Assembly (NCBI GenBank): GCA_013239625.1
Contig: MU054117.1
Span: 932,001-996,000 of the forward strand
Length of the DNA: 64,000 nt
Direction: 5' to 3'
DNA from: Lama guanicoe
Lineage: Eukaryota
A program made the position numbers and the translations under genes. Shown here piece after piece: positions 63,341 to 64,000 of this stretch. Below the pieces are notes generated by a model. That model was not told the DNA's origin. It worked only from the letters and a program-made list of their open reading frames with translations, and ran no database searches. The stretch's first letter is position 1. The number at the start of each line of letters is the position of its first letter.

Positions 63341-64000
63341 GACAGTGCTTACTGCGTGTTTACCTCTGGCCACACCTGAAGTGGGAAGTCAGGAAAGCAG
63401 CCCTTCCGGAACTTCCTCCCAACGCGCCCCCGCTTGCCTGGGCAGGCTCCGTGCACTCGGGCAGCAGTGTCACCGTGGAGTGAAGACCTCAGAAAACACC
63501 TCTTCATTGATCGAAGCCTGTGCACCTCAGGCCGAGAGAAGGCGACTCGAGCTCCAGACCAGCCTGTTCCTCGGCGTGACACCTTGTGCCGTCCCCGGGC
63601 TGGACACACAGTGAGTACTTGGAGATCCTGCTCCAGGGGAGAGGAAACCCCTGGAAAGCCAGCTTCCCGCCTCTCAGTCCTGTCCTCTTTCCGAGACGCC
63701 TCACCACCCCTCCGAGAGACAATTCGGTGTAATGGAGACCAGCGAGCAGGGAAACGCCAGGTCAGGCCGCCGAGGTCACGGGAGGGGCTGGGGAGCCGGG
63801 TCACTTCACGTGGTTTGGCCTTTTTCATCGCTGGCGCCCTGGGCTGGGCCACGTCCACTCAGAAGGGAGCATCTGCATTCAGCTGGCTTTCCTGAGGGAC
63901 CGAACGCGGGCATCAGGGGAGCATGCATATCCGCTCCCAGCTGGCCCCTCCGGGGACAGGCCGGAGCCCCGCTGCAGCTCTGGGGCCCGCCCTCAGCCCC

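Noticed and set aside
38200..64000. DCP1B, CACNA1C exon 1a or intronic lncRNA exons expected from human synteny
   Set aside because: No matching peptide in any listed ORF; they probably lie beyond the window, and lncRNA exons cannot be identified by eye

Overview
Mammalian genomic DNA, most likely from a camelid (two tRNA-derived Vic-1-type SINEs and artiodactyl-type L1 3' ends). The only protein-coding feature I can support is the first coding exon (exon 1b) of CACNA1C (Cav1.2 L-type calcium channel alpha-1C) on the minus strand: CDS 36916->36868, MVNENTRMYIPEENHQ(G), followed by an AAG|GTAAGG donor. It has a ~310-nt 5' UTR and sits in a ~2-kb CpG island. Positions 1-36867 are the intron after exon 1b (exon 2 is not in the window). 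Positions above ~37.2 kb are upstream sequence, probably intronic to the distal cardiac exon 1a. The rest is interspersed repeats (a 3.4-kb decayed L1, L1M/L2/CR1/MIR/MLT1/MER fragments) and minisatellites. Nearly all ORFs in the supplied track are GC-rich chance ORFs. I found no convincing new multi-gene system. The best leads are: a uORF-dense 5' UTR with a 26-aa uORF whose stop overlaps a cryptic splice donor; a candidate upstream non-coding exon; a young 30-bp intronic VNTR; apparent AT->GC drift in old repeats; and a compact enhancer-like motif cluster. Repeat family names are by-eye assignments and their boundaries are approximate.
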